Positions 33,910 to 43,508 of a DNA stretch of 47,922 nt are shown one piece after another. The stretch is taken from assembly GCA_016928395.1 (NCBI GenBank), contig JAFGKV010000004.1, positions 1-47,922 on the forward strand, in the 5' to 3' direction. Made by a program: the position numbers and the translations under genes. Position 1 is the stretch's first letter; each line of letters opens with the position of its first letter. The notes under the pieces were generated by a model. The model was not told the DNA's origin and did not search any database. It saw nothing but the letters and a program-made list of their open reading frames with translations. Source of the stretch: Candidatus Fermentibacterota bacterium (GTDB taxonomy: Bacteria > JAFGKV01).

Positions 33910-36900
33910 ATGTTCACGCCCGTATCGTCTACCCTTTCCCTTGTGCCGCTGGAGCACAGGATCCTCAAGTTCTGGGAACAGAACCGCACGTTTGACGCGC
34001 GGCGCGCCCTGAACGCGGGCGGGCCTCCATGGTCGTTTCTCGACGGTCCCATCACCGCCAACAACCCCATGGGCGTCCACCACGCCTGGGGGCGGACGTA
34101 CAAGGATATCTTCCAGCGCTACCGGGCCATGCGGGGCTTCCACCAACGCTACCAGAACGGGTTTGACTGCCAGGGGCTCTGGGTGGAGGTCGAGGTCGAG
34201 AAGGCCCTGGGCTTCACATCCAAACGTGATATTGAATCCTTCGGAGTCGCCCAGTTCGTGCAGCGATGCAAGGAGCGGGTCTTCAAGTATTCCCGGATCC
34301 AGACGAACCAGTCCATTCGCTTAGGCTACTGGATGGATTGGGCCAACTCCTACTACACCATGAGCGACGAGAACAACTACACTATCTGGATGTTTCTCCG
34401 TCGCTGCCACGATCGCGGCTGGATCTACCAGGGGCACGATGTCATGCCCTGGTGCCCCCGGTGCAGTTGCGCCCTGTCCGAGCACGAAATCGCCACCGAA
34501 GGATATCAGGAACTGACCCATGCCTCGGTGTTCCTCCTGTTTCCTCTTATCGACCGTCCCGATGAGCACCTGCTGGTCTGGACCACGACGCCGTGGACCC
34601 TGAGTTCCAATGTCGCCGCTGCCGTGAACCCAGAGCTGACCTACCTCAAGGTTCGACAGGACGGGAAGATCCTCTACCTCTCCTCCGGGGCTGAACAGGT
34701 CTTAGGGCCCGGGTACGAAGTGCTGGGGCGCATCAGCGGCGCAGATATGGCGGGATGGGCCTACCGTGGCCCCTTCGATGAGCTGCCGGCCCAGGCCGGC
34801 GTGGCCCACCGGGTGATACTGTGGGATGCGGTGTCCGACACTGAGGGAACCGGCATCGTGCACATCGCGCCGGGGTGCGGCAAGGAAGACTTCATGCTCT
34901 CCGCCCAGTGGGATCTGCAGGCCATTGCTCCGCTGGACGAGTATGGGGTATTCCAACCCGGATTTGAGCCACTCACCGGCGGTACCGCGGCAGGCGTGGC
35001 GCCGCAGGTGTTCGGGTGGCTCAGGGACCATGGCATTCTCTACCGCATCGAAGAGTATACCCATCGCTACCCCGTGTGCTGGCGCTGCGGGTCGGAGCTG
35101 GTGTTCCGACTGGTTGATGAGTGGTTTATCGCCATGGATGAGCTGCGGCCCCGCATAATGGCCGTGACCCAGCGCATCACCTGGATGCCGTCGTTCGGCC
35201 TCGAGCGCGAGTTGGACTGGCTGCGCAACATGCACGACTGGTGCATTTCAAAGAAGCGGTTCTGGGGCTTGGCCTTGCCCATCTTTGTGTGTCCCGAGGG
35301 CCATTTCCACGTGATCGGTAGCGAAGAGGAGCTGCGGGACAAGGCAGTGGAGGGGTGGGAAGCATTCGTTGGTCACTCGCCTCACCGCCCATGGATCGAC
35401 GCGGTTAGGATTGCCTGCCCGACCTGTGAAGCCCCTGCGGTCCGCATCCCGGATGTGAGCAACCCGTGGCTGGATGCGGGGATTGTGCCGTATTCGACCA
35501 TGGGCTACCGCCGGGGCTCTCACATCTGGGCCACGTGGTTTCCCCCCGCCTTCATCACGGAGTGTTTCCCCGGCCAGTTCCGCAACTGGTTCTACAGCCT
35601 GCTGGCCATGAGCACCGTCATGGAGGATCGGGAACCCTTCAAGGTGGTGCTGGGGCACGGGTCGGTGCGTGACGAGCACGGCGAGGAGATGCATAAGTCC
35701 AAGGGAAATGCCATCTGGTTTGACGATGCCGCCGAGACTGTGGGCGTCGAGACTATGCGGTGGGTATTCGCCCGCCAAAACCCTTATGCAAACCTCAACT
35801 TCGGCTTTTCGCTCGCCGCCGAGGCCGGACGACGCCTGGCGACGCTGTGGAACTCCTACGCATTCTTCGTGACCTATGCGAACCTGGACGGCGTCGATCC
35901 GGCCACACTACCGCCTGCGCCACCTGCGCCCTCGCTGCTGGACCGGTGGATGCAGGCCCGGCTGGCCCAGTTGGCCAGGGACGGTCGCGAGGCGATGGAG
36001 GGGTATGAGCTGGCGGGTTTCATCAAGGCCGCGGAAACCTTTTTGGATGATCTCTCCAACTGGTACATCCGGCGGAGCCGGCGACGCTTCTGGAAGAGCC
36101 AGTCGGATCTGGACAAGCAGTCAGCATACACCACGCTGTACCATACGCTGCTGGGCCTCTGCCGGATCTTGGCCCCAGTCATTCCCTTCCTGACCGAAGA
36201 GATCTACCAGAACCTGGCGCCGGAGGGGTCGCCCTTTTCCCGGGGGAGCGTGCATCTGGAAGACTATCCGATGACCCAGCCCTCGTCCGAGGACGAAGAT
36301 CTGGCCGCTTTGATGGCCGAGGTGCACCAGGTGGTGACTCTGGGCCATGCCGCCCGGAACAAGGCCGGCATCAAGGTGCGGCAGCCCCTGGCGGAGATCG
36401 TGGTGAGGGGCTGGTCTCCAGAGCGCCAGGCCCAGTGGGTTGATGTCGAACCCATGGTGCGCGATGAACTGAATGTCAAGGAGATCCGTCTGGCCGGCCC
36501 CGGCGAGACCCTGGCCGAACCCGTGGTGAAGCTGAACTTCGCCAAGGTGGGCCCGCGCCTTGGCCCCAAGGTCAAGCTTCTGGCGCAGAAGGCCGCCGCC
36601 GAGGCAGCAGCGGCCGCCGGAGCGTTGGGCAAAGGCGTACCGTGGCAGGTTGACCTGGAAGGTGAATCGGTGACCGTGGAACCGGAGGAGGCCGCCATCC
36701 AGTTTGTGTCTCCCCCGGGGTGGGTGTTTGTGGCCGAGGGGGCCTTCGAGGCCCTGTTGAATACCACCGTGACGGAGGCTCTGGCCAGGGAGGGCGCGGC
36801 GCGGGATCTTGTCCGCCACATCCAGAGCCTGCGCAAGGATGCCGGCCTGGAGATCAGCGACCGAATCAAGGTAACCTTGGGCCCACGGGAAGCCGTCGAA

Positions 36901-37053
36901 GGGATCCTGGCAGAACACGGCGACTATATCGCCCAGGAAGTGCTGGCCACGAAGATCGAAGCGGCTGAGCCCTCGGAGGGTGACGCCACCGCGACCTGCC
37001 CGCTGAGCGGCATGACGGTCACCATCGGCCTGCACCGCGCGCCCGGAGCCTGA
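33910..37053 (+). CDS. ileS: Isoleucine--tRNA ligase, type 2 (IleRS2)
   Basis: 'FLDGPITAN', GVHH signature, 'WTTTPWTL', 'GTGIVHIAP', 'DWCIS', EMHKS, 'NWYIRRSRRRFW', C-terminal 'IQSLRKDAGLEISDRI'. Confidence 0.95.
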   Translation: MFTPVSSTLSLVPLEHRILKFWEQNRTFDARRALNAGGPPWSFLDGPITANNPMGVHHAWGRTYKDIFQRYRAMRGFHQRYQNGFDCQGLWVEVEVEKALGFTSKRDIESFGVAQFVQRCKERVFKYSRIQTNQSIRLGYWMDWANSYYTMSDENNYTIWMFLRRCHDRGWIYQGHDVMPWCPRCSCALSEHEIATEGYQELTHASVFLLFPLIDRPDEHLLVWTTTPWTLSSNVAAAVNPELTYLKVRQDGKILYLSSGAEQVLGPGYEVLGRISGADMAGWAYRGPFDELPAQAGVAHRVILWDAVSDTEGTGIVHIAPGCGKEDFMLSAQWDLQAIAPLDEYGVFQPGFEPLTGGTAAGVAPQVFGWLRDHGILYRIEEYTHRYPVCWRCGSELVFRLVDEWFIAMDELRPRIMAVTQRITWMPSFGLERELDWLRNMHDWCISKKRFWGLALPIFVCPEGHFHVIGSEEELRDKAVEGWEAFVGHSPHRPWIDAVRIACPTCEAPAVRIPDVSNPWLDAGIVPYSTMGYRRGSHIWATWFPPAFITECFPGQFRNWFYSLLAMSTVMEDREPFKVVLGHGSVRDEHGEEMHKSKGNAIWFDDAAETVGVETMRWVFARQNPYANLNFGFSLAAEAGRRLATLWNSYAFFVTYANLDGVDPATLPPAPPAPSLLDRWMQARLAQLARDGREAMEGYELAGFIKAAETFLDDLSNWYIRRSRRRFWKSQSDLDKQSAYTTLYHTLLGLCRILAPVIPFLTEEIYQNLAPEGSPFSRGSVHLEDYPMTQPSSEDEDLAALMAEVHQVVTLGHAARNKAGIKVRQPLAEIVVRGWSPERQAQWVDVEPMVRDELNVKEIRLAGPGETLAEPVVKLNFAKVGPRLGPKVKLLAQKAAAEAAAAAGALGKGVPWQVDLEGESVTVEPEEAAIQFVSPPGWVFVAEGAFEALLNTTVTEALAREGAARDLVRHIQSLRKDAGLEISDRIKVTLGPREAVEGILAEHGDYIAQEVLATKIEAAEPSEGDATATCPLSGMTVTIGLHRAPGA

Positions 37054-37084
37054 TCGCCATCATCAGTCTGGCCGGTCGAACGCG

Positions 37085-38521
37085 GTGGTGGTCGTTCGCC
37101 GCCGCACGCACGACCACAATCCTTCGTCAACGAGGCTGACCGTGCGTGCCGCCACGCCGCTGGATCGTATGTACCGTTGGCTGGCCGCGGGCGATGCCGT
37201 CATCGGCATCGTGTCATGGGTCGGGGCCTGGGGGATCCGAAGGGCCATGGATGGCATGCTGGCCCGGCCCGTAAGTCCCTTGGGCAATCACCTGGCCCTG
37301 CTGCCCATCTTGCTGCCGCTGTGGCTGGCAGTCAATGCATCCCGGGGCTTGTACCGAAGGCCCACGGCTTTGGGAAGGCTCAAGGAGTTCCAGCTCCTGC
37401 TGCAGTCTGTGATCGCGGCGCTCGTGGCGTCCATGGTGCTGTCGTTCGTGCTGAAGGAGCTGGAAGTGGCGCGCATGGTCGTGTTCCTCGCCGCCGGCCT
37501 CATGCTGTGTCTTGTGGCGATGGAGCGCTCCATGGTTCGACGGTGGGCCCTGCGCCGCGCTGCACACGAGGGCCCGCTGGTACGCAGCGTGATCGTGGGC
37601 CACGGGGAACTGGCACAGACAGTCGCCCACAGGCTGGGCGGCCGGCCGGGATGGCAGGCCGCGGTGGGGTATCTGGGACCTGAAGGCACTGAGGGCCGCA
37701 TGGGAGCGCTGCCCCGTCTGGGCGACCGGGACGATCTCCCGCGGGTCCTGGACCATCACGGAATCCATGAGGTCTACGTGGCCGTACCTGACATGCCTCA
37801 TCAAGAGTTGCTGGACCTGGTGGCCCGTTGCCATGGGCGCCAGGCGAGTTTTAAGGTCGCCAGCGGCATGTTCGAGGTGGTGGCCCTGCAGGGCTCCATA
37901 GATGAGGCCGCCGGCATCCCGGTGGTGGAGCTGGGTCCCGGCCTGCTGTCGCCCGGAGAATCCCTGGCGAAACGTCTCCTGGATCTGTGGCTGGCGGTCA
38001 CCCTGGGAATTCTGATCCTCCCTCTGGCGCTTCTGGTGGCGGTGGCCATCCGCCTGGATTCGCGGGGTCCCATCCTGTTCTGTCATGCCAGGGTCGGCAA
38101 GGATGGCTGCGAGTTCACCATGTTCAAGTTCAGGACCATGCGTCACGACGCCGATCCCTTCCAACAGGCCCCCCGTGACACGAGAGATCCCCGCATCACC
38201 CGCGTAGGCCGGTGGTTGCGTCGCACCAGCCTCGACGAACTGCCCCAGATCCTCAATGTGCTGCGCGGCGCCATGAGTTTCGTGGGGCCGCGGCCGGAAA
38301 TGCCCTTCATCGTTGCCCGATACCAGGGGTGGCAGAGCCAACGGCTCAGCGTCAAGCCCGGCATGACGGGCCTGTGGCAGATCATGGGGCGCAAGGATCT
38401 TCCCCTGGAGGACAATCTGGAGTACGACTTCTACTATATTCGCAACCAGTCTATCCTGCTGGATATCACCATCCTCCTGCGGACCATACCCACCGTGTTT
38501 CTCGGTAAGGGGGCCTACTGA
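37085..38521 (+). CDS. Polyprenyl-phosphate sugar phosphotransferase (WcaJ/CpsE-like priming glycosyltransferase)
   Basis: 4+1 TM layout, 'KRLLD', 'FKFRTM', 'DPRITRVGRWLRRTSLDELPQ', 'VGPRPE', 'KPGMTG'; start uncertain. Confidence 0.9.
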   Translation: MVVVRRRTHDHNPSSTRLTVRAATPLDRMYRWLAAGDAVIGIVSWVGAWGIRRAMDGMLARPVSPLGNHLALLPILLPLWLAVNASRGLYRRPTALGRLKEFQLLLQSVIAALVASMVLSFVLKELEVARMVVFLAAGLMLCLVAMERSMVRRWALRRAAHEGPLVRSVIVGHGELAQTVAHRLGGRPGWQAAVGYLGPEGTEGRMGALPRLGDRDDLPRVLDHHGIHEVYVAVPDMPHQELLDLVARCHGRQASFKVASGMFEVVALQGSIDEAAGIPVVELGPGLLSPGESLAKRLLDLWLAVTLGILILPLALLVAVAIRLDSRGPILFCHARVGKDGCEFTMFKFRTMRHDADPFQQAPRDTRDPRITRVGRWLRRTSLDELPQILNVLRGAMSFVGPRPEMPFIVARYQGWQSQRLSVKPGMTGLWQIMGRKDLPLEDNLEYDFYYIRNQSILLDITILLRTIPTVFLGKGAY

Positions 38522-39486
38522 TGGACCCGAACATCCATCTCAGCGTGATCATCCCCGTGTTCAATGAGGAGGCGAATATTCCCCCTCTCCACGCGGAGCT
38601 GCACGGCGTCATGGAACGCACGGGCCGCGCCTATGAGATCCTCTTCATCGATGATGGCTCCACGGACGGGTCATTTTCGGTGCTCAAGGAGGTGGCGCAC
38701 GCCAACCCAGCGACCCGAGTGATCAGGTTCCGCCGCCGTTTCGGCCAGACTGCGGCCCTCTCCGCCGGAATCGACCATGCCCGGGGAGAGATCATTATCA
38801 CCATGGATGCCGATCTTCAGAATGACCCTGCGGATATCCCCGCGCTCTTGGCCAAGCTGGAGCAGGGATTTGACATCGTGAGCGGCTGGCGAGTTCGCCG
38901 CAAGGATCCGTTTCTCAACCGGCGCCTCCCGTCCATCCTGGCTAACAGGCTGATCTCAAAGCTCTCAGGCATCCGTCTTCACGACTACGGGTGCACGCTC
39001 AAGGCGTACAAGGCCGGCGTGCTCAAGTCCATCAGGCTGTACGGCGAGATGCATCGCTTCATTCCGGCTTTGGCCTCATGGCTCGGCGTCGAAGTCGCCG
39101 AGGTGCAGGTCAATCACCGGCCGAGGATTCACGGCAAATCCAAGTATGACCTTACCCGGGTCGTCCGGGTCGTCCTGGATCTCATCAATGTGAAGTTCTT
39201 GCTCACCTACAGCACCCGGCCCATACAAGTGTTTGGCTTCTTCGGCGTCGGCGCGTTCGGACTTGCGCTGGTGGGTCTGATCATCACGGCCTTGCTCAGG
39301 CTTCGCGGGGTGGACATCACCGGCAATCCGCTGTTCCTCATCAGCATCATGTTGCTGCTCATGGGTATGCAGTTTGTCACTATGGGGCTTTTGGGCGAGA
39401 TCAGCATCAGGACCTACCATGAGACTCAGGACAAGCGGATCTACGTGATTCGGGAGACGGTGAACTCACCGGGCGGGGAGGCATGA
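38521..39486 (+). CDS. GT2 polyprenol-phosphate glycosyltransferase (ArnC/GtrB/DPM-like)
   Basis: 'IPVFNEE', 'IDDGSTD', 'MDADLQNDP', 'GEMHRFIP', two C-terminal TM helices. Confidence 0.9.
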   Translation: MDPNIHLSVIIPVFNEEANIPPLHAELHGVMERTGRAYEILFIDDGSTDGSFSVLKEVAHANPATRVIRFRRRFGQTAALSAGIDHARGEIIITMDADLQNDPADIPALLAKLEQGFDIVSGWRVRRKDPFLNRRLPSILANRLISKLSGIRLHDYGCTLKAYKAGVLKSIRLYGEMHRFIPALASWLGVEVAEVQVNHRPRIHGKSKYDLTRVVRVVLDLINVKFLLTYSTRPIQVFGFFGVGAFGLALVGLIITALLRLRGVDITGNPLFLISIMLLLMGMQFVTMGLLGEISIRTYHETQDKRIYVIRETVNSPGGEA

Positions 39487-39490
39487 CCCG

Positions 39491-40582
39491 TTGAGAGGCG
39501 CCCGCCGCGCGGCCCAGGGGCTGCAGGCCCTTCTGTTCGCCGCAGGCAGGCGCACCCCCCTCAGGGGGCCGGCCAAGCTGGCCTGGGAGGTCACCGAACG
39601 GTGCAACTCGCGATGCCTTACCTGCAGCAGGAGGGATGCCGCACCCGAGGAGCTGAGCACCGAGGAAGGTATGTCCCTCATACAGGAGGCCGCCTCCTTA
39701 GGAGTGCTCTCCCTCTCGTTCTCTGGAGGCGAACCATTGCTGCGCCGTGACCTACCCGACCTGGTGCGGGAGGCTGCTCGTCTTCGGTTGCACGCCAGCA
39801 TTTCCACCAATGGCCTGCTGCTGAGGGGGGAGACGGCGCGGATGGCCCTGGAAGCGGGACTCTCCACTGCCTATCTGTCGCTGGATGGGTGTGAGGCGAC
39901 CCATGACCGGATTCGCGGCGTGCCCGGGGGATTCCGCAAGGTCACCGAAGGGGCGCGCTGGCTCGTGTCTTCGCATCCCCGCCCACGGGTGTTCTACAAT
40001 ACCACCATCAGCCGTGCCAATCTGGCCGAACTGCCGGCCATCGCGGCCCAGGCCATGGAAGACGGGGTCGACGGCCTGACCGTGCAGCCGGCCCAGATCG
40101 CCCCGGAGGTGGGGCTCTTGCCCGAGCCCGACCTGGTCCTTACTGCGGAGGATGCCGCCGACCTTGCGCGAACTTTGGGCTCGGTGGTGCGGCGATACCC
40201 CCGGCTCATCCCGCTGCCGCCGCGTTACCTCTCGGACATGCCGGCCTTTCTACGCCGCCCTGCCATGTCCCAGGAAACACCGTGCGTGGCGGGCATACTC
40301 CACGCGGTGGTGGGCAGCACGGGCGAGGTGTTTCCCTGCCCCGTGCAGTTCGCGTCATTGGGCTCGCTACGGGAAGGCTCGCTTGGCCAGGTATGGCGGA
40401 GTCCGGCGGCCCGTGACCTTCGGCGGCGCATCGCCCGGGGCGACCACCCGCCCTGCTGGTTTAACTGCGTGGTGCCGGCCTCCCTGGCCCTTTCCGGGCT
40501 GCTGCCGCTGGGGTGGTTGAGCCTGGTTCGTTCTCCCGCTGTCCGGCACCTGCTGCGGCGCACCGCCTGCACGGGGCAATGA
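39491..40582 (+). CDS. Radical SAM protein with SPASM/twitch-like Cys-rich tail
   Basis: CNSRCLTC, 'SGGEPLL', 'STNG', tail C...FPC...CWFNC; TTG start. Confidence 0.88.
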   Translation: MRGARRAAQGLQALLFAAGRRTPLRGPAKLAWEVTERCNSRCLTCSRRDAAPEELSTEEGMSLIQEAASLGVLSLSFSGGEPLLRRDLPDLVREAARLRLHASISTNGLLLRGETARMALEAGLSTAYLSLDGCEATHDRIRGVPGGFRKVTEGARWLVSSHPRPRVFYNTTISRANLAELPAIAAQAMEDGVDGLTVQPAQIAPEVGLLPEPDLVLTAEDAADLARTLGSVVRRYPRLIPLPPRYLSDMPAFLRRPAMSQETPCVAGILHAVVGSTGEVFPCPVQFASLGSLREGSLGQVWRSPAARDLRRRIARGDHPPCWFNCVVPASLALSGLLPLGWLSLVRSPAVRHLLRRTACTGQ

Positions 40583-40598
40583 CCGCCATGGAGCCGTC

Positions 40599-41630
40599 GT
40601 GAACGTTCTCCACCACTGGGCGACGATGGCGCGCGCGTATGTGGCGTACCGGCGCGGACGGGAGCCGGGGTATGGGCCGTTTCGGATCTGGGTCGAACCC
40701 TCCAGCATGTGCCAACTGCGCTGCGTCATGTGCCCCAACCGGGATTTGCCCCGAGAGATGCTCGCCCACATGCCCCTGGAGATGTTCCACGCCGTCATAG
40801 ACGAGTGCCAAAGCTTTGCCTATGATGTGAACCTGACGCATCGCGGCGAGCCCCTGCTCAATCCTGAGATCGTGGACATGGTGGCCTACGGCGCCCGGGC
40901 AGGCCCCAAGATCAGGTTGCACACCAATGCAATGAACCTGACCCGTGAACTATCCCGGGATCTCATCGGGGCAGGCCTGCAGCTCATGTCGTTCTCCGTG
41001 GATGGGTTCACACAGGAGAGCTATGAGCAGATCCGCATCGGCGGCTCATGGGAGCTGGTCATGGGCAATATCCGGGGATTCCTGGAAGAAAAGGCCGCGG
41101 TGGGTGCGCGGCGGCCGTATACCATCGTGCAGATCATCGATGTGCCGGGATTCGACGCGGGGCCAGAGGAGAGGCAGCGGTTCATCCGAGAGTTCCATGG
41201 CCTGCCGGTGGACGAGATCTACGTCAAGAAGCCCAGCAACTGGGCCGGCTCCTACGGGGTGGAGCAGTACGGGGCTGTTCCCCGTGCCCCCTGCACCTTT
41301 CCCTGGTATGCGCTGGTGGTGTGCAGCGACGGGACCATTGTGCCCTGCCCCCAGGACTTTTTCTGCCGCATGCCTCTAGGCGCCGTCGGGCAGGGGGGGC
41401 TGATGGGCGCGTGGCGATCTGAGCCAATGCGCGCTCTGCGGGCGGCCATGGCTTCACGACGGTTTGACGGCCTGGATCCCTGCAGAGACTGCGATCGCCT
41501 TCGACGCCCCCGGACCGCCGGGCTGCCAGCCACCAATGTGGCGGTCTTCCTCGTCGAGAACCTTTTGGGTTACACCCGCTGGAAGACCCGCCTGTTCGCC
41601 AAAGACGACGGCACCGTGAGCACGAAGTAG
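40599..41630 (+). CDS. Radical SAM/SPASM protein
   Basis: CQLRCVMC, 'GEPLL', 'HTNA', 'CTFPW...DGTIVPCPQD...CRDC'. Confidence 0.88.
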   Translation: MNVLHHWATMARAYVAYRRGREPGYGPFRIWVEPSSMCQLRCVMCPNRDLPREMLAHMPLEMFHAVIDECQSFAYDVNLTHRGEPLLNPEIVDMVAYGARAGPKIRLHTNAMNLTRELSRDLIGAGLQLMSFSVDGFTQESYEQIRIGGSWELVMGNIRGFLEEKAAVGARRPYTIVQIIDVPGFDAGPEERQRFIREFHGLPVDEIYVKKPSNWAGSYGVEQYGAVPRAPCTFPWYALVVCSDGTIVPCPQDFFCRMPLGAVGQGGLMGAWRSEPMRALRAAMASRRFDGLDPCRDCDRLRRPRTAGLPATNVAVFLVENLLGYTRWKTRLFAKDDGTVSTK

Positions 41631-41744
41631 TGTTCTGTCCGGGAGATGCCGTGACATCCGTGGCCCCAGGGGTGCACACCTCCCCCCTGGAGGGAGGAGC
41701 GCACGATGGCATAGAGATCCTCCGATGGTCGCAGAAGGCATGAG

Positions 41745-43508
41745 ATGAGCGCGGGGCACCGGCTGCGATGGCTGATGGCGTGTGCCGGGTGCTGGGCGCT
41801 CGCATCTGCTGCGGAGCTGGTCGGCCAGTGGCGGCTGCTGTCGCCACCGTTCTCCTCGTTTTTCGGCCAGCCCGTCGTCATCCTGGTCGTGAGCCTCTAC
41901 ATCGGTTGCGGGCTTGCGCTGGCGATGTTCATGCTGATCGTGCCGCGGTCCGATGCACGATGGATCCTGCTGCTGTCGCCGCCGGCCTTTCTGGGCACGG
42001 CCGGCCTGCTCTTTCCGCAGGGGGGGCTAATGGGCCCATGGGGCGCCCTGCTCGGTACGGGAATACTGCTGGCGACCGTGTTCACGGGGCGCGCCGTGCG
42101 ACACCGCGTTCCTTCGCTGCTTCTTGGACTTCCGATGGTCTTGCTTCTTGTCCCTGCGGCGCTGTCGTCATGGATGCGGCCGGCTGCCCAGGAGTCCCGC
42201 ATGGGGGACCACGCCGCCACAAATGTTATTGTGGTGACGCTGGATACCCTTCGCCCGGATCATCTGGGCCTGGCAGGCTATGGGCGGCCCACCTCGCCGG
42301 GACTTGATTCGCTGGCGGTCGCCGGCATGGTGTTCTCCACGGCATACGCGCCCACGCCCAGCACATCCCCTTCCCATGCCAGCATCTTCACCGGGCTTTC
42401 TCCGGACGATCACGGGGTCTGCCGCAATGGGTGGCCCCTGCCCGACGGTATTCCCACCCTGGCGGAAGCGCTCCGTACCGCCGGGTACGAAACTGGCGCG
42501 GTCGTGAGCGTGGCCCATCTGGCAGGGTGCTTTGGATGGAGTCGGGGATTCTCGTCGTTTTACGATCAGGGCCGGTTGGATCGGCTCTTTCCCTACTCCG
42601 GCGTCAGGCTCCTTCGCCTGATTCTCCGCGTGGCGCCGCTCTCCTTCTCGTGCCGTGCCCACGCCTCGATGGATCGGGCCATCGCCTGGCTGGGCGGGGC
42701 ACGGGAGCCATTCTTCCTGTGGCTGCACCTCTGGGATCCCCACGATCCGTATGCGCCTCCCCCGCCGTACGATACGATGTTCACGGGGCCGGTTTCCGCC
42801 CCGCCGGGATCGGGCTACGATGACGGCCAGGTAGCCACTTGGGTGAACGGATATGACGGGGAGATCCGTTACGTCGATGATCAGCTCAGCCGGCTGTGGC
42901 AGCATCTTCGTGACCGGGGAATCGACTCCCGGACCCTTGTCGTGGTGGCTTCCGACCATGGCGAGTCGCTGGGCGAGCGCTCGTACGTGGGCCACTCAGT
43001 CTTGCTCTATGAGGAACAGGTGAGGGCGCTCTTCCTGATCGCGGGGCCGGGCATCAGTCCGGGAGAGAATACCACGCCGGTCAGTCTTGTGGACATCATG
43101 CCGACGGTCATGGCATCGTTGGCAGTCCCCGCCGCAGGCCCTATGGAAGGCCGGGCTCTCCTGTCCGGTTCGCCTCAAAAGGCTCGTGCCATTCGGTTCG
43201 AGGCTGACATGTGGGGCTTTGCGGGTCGCGGCCTGCGAATGGGTCGGTGGAAGCTGGCGTTCTACGACCGCGTGAATCCCTCCCACAGGGGTTTTGCGCC
43301 CTCGTGCGGGCCGCAGGCATTCCTGGCGGGTCTAAAGTTGTACGATGTGGCTGCCGATCCTGGGGAAACCGTCAATCTGGCTTGGGAGGTTCCAGAGCAG
43401 GTGGCACTGCTCACCGGGCTCCTGGGTGAGGGGAAACCTGAAAGCAGATCCGGCGCTCTGTCGCCGGGGGTGGAGCGGGCCCTGCGCAGCCTGGGCTATC
43501 TGGAGTGA
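41745..43508 (+). CDS. Membrane-anchored alkaline-phosphatase-superfamily (sulfatase-like) enzyme
   Basis: About 5 N-terminal TM helices; 'TLDTLRPD', 'TSPSHASIFTG', 'DPHDPY', 'SDHGE', C-terminal 'LRSLGY'. Confidence 0.85.
   Translation: MSAGHRLRWLMACAGCWALASAAELVGQWRLLSPPFSSFFGQPVVILVVSLYIGCGLALAMFMLIVPRSDARWILLLSPPAFLGTAGLLFPQGGLMGPWGALLGTGILLATVFTGRAVRHRVPSLLLGLPMVLLLVPAALSSWMRPAAQESRMGDHAATNVIVVTLDTLRPDHLGLAGYGRPTSPGLDSLAVAGMVFSTAYAPTPSTSPSHASIFTGLSPDDHGVCRNGWPLPDGIPTLAEALRTAGYETGAVVSVAHLAGCFGWSRGFSSFYDQGRLDRLFPYSGVRLLRLILRVAPLSFSCRAHASMDRAIAWLGGAREPFFLWLHLWDPHDPYAPPPPYDTMFTGPVSAPPGSGYDDGQVATWVNGYDGEIRYVDDQLSRLWQHLRDRGIDSRTLVVVASDHGESLGERSYVGHSVLLYEEQVRALFLIAGPGISPGENTTPVSLVDIMPTVMASLAVPAAGPMEGRALLSGSPQKARAIRFEADMWGFAGRGLRMGRWKLAFYDRVNPSHRGFAPSCGPQAFLAGLKLYDVAADPGETVNLAWEVPEQVALLTGLLGEGKPESRSGALSPGVERALRSLGYLE

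Noticed and set aside
39491-43508. Anaerobic sulfatase-maturating enzyme plus sulfatase pair
   Set aside because: The target lacks the (C/S)xPxR motif, and the radical SAMs are more tightly coupled to the glycosyltransferases
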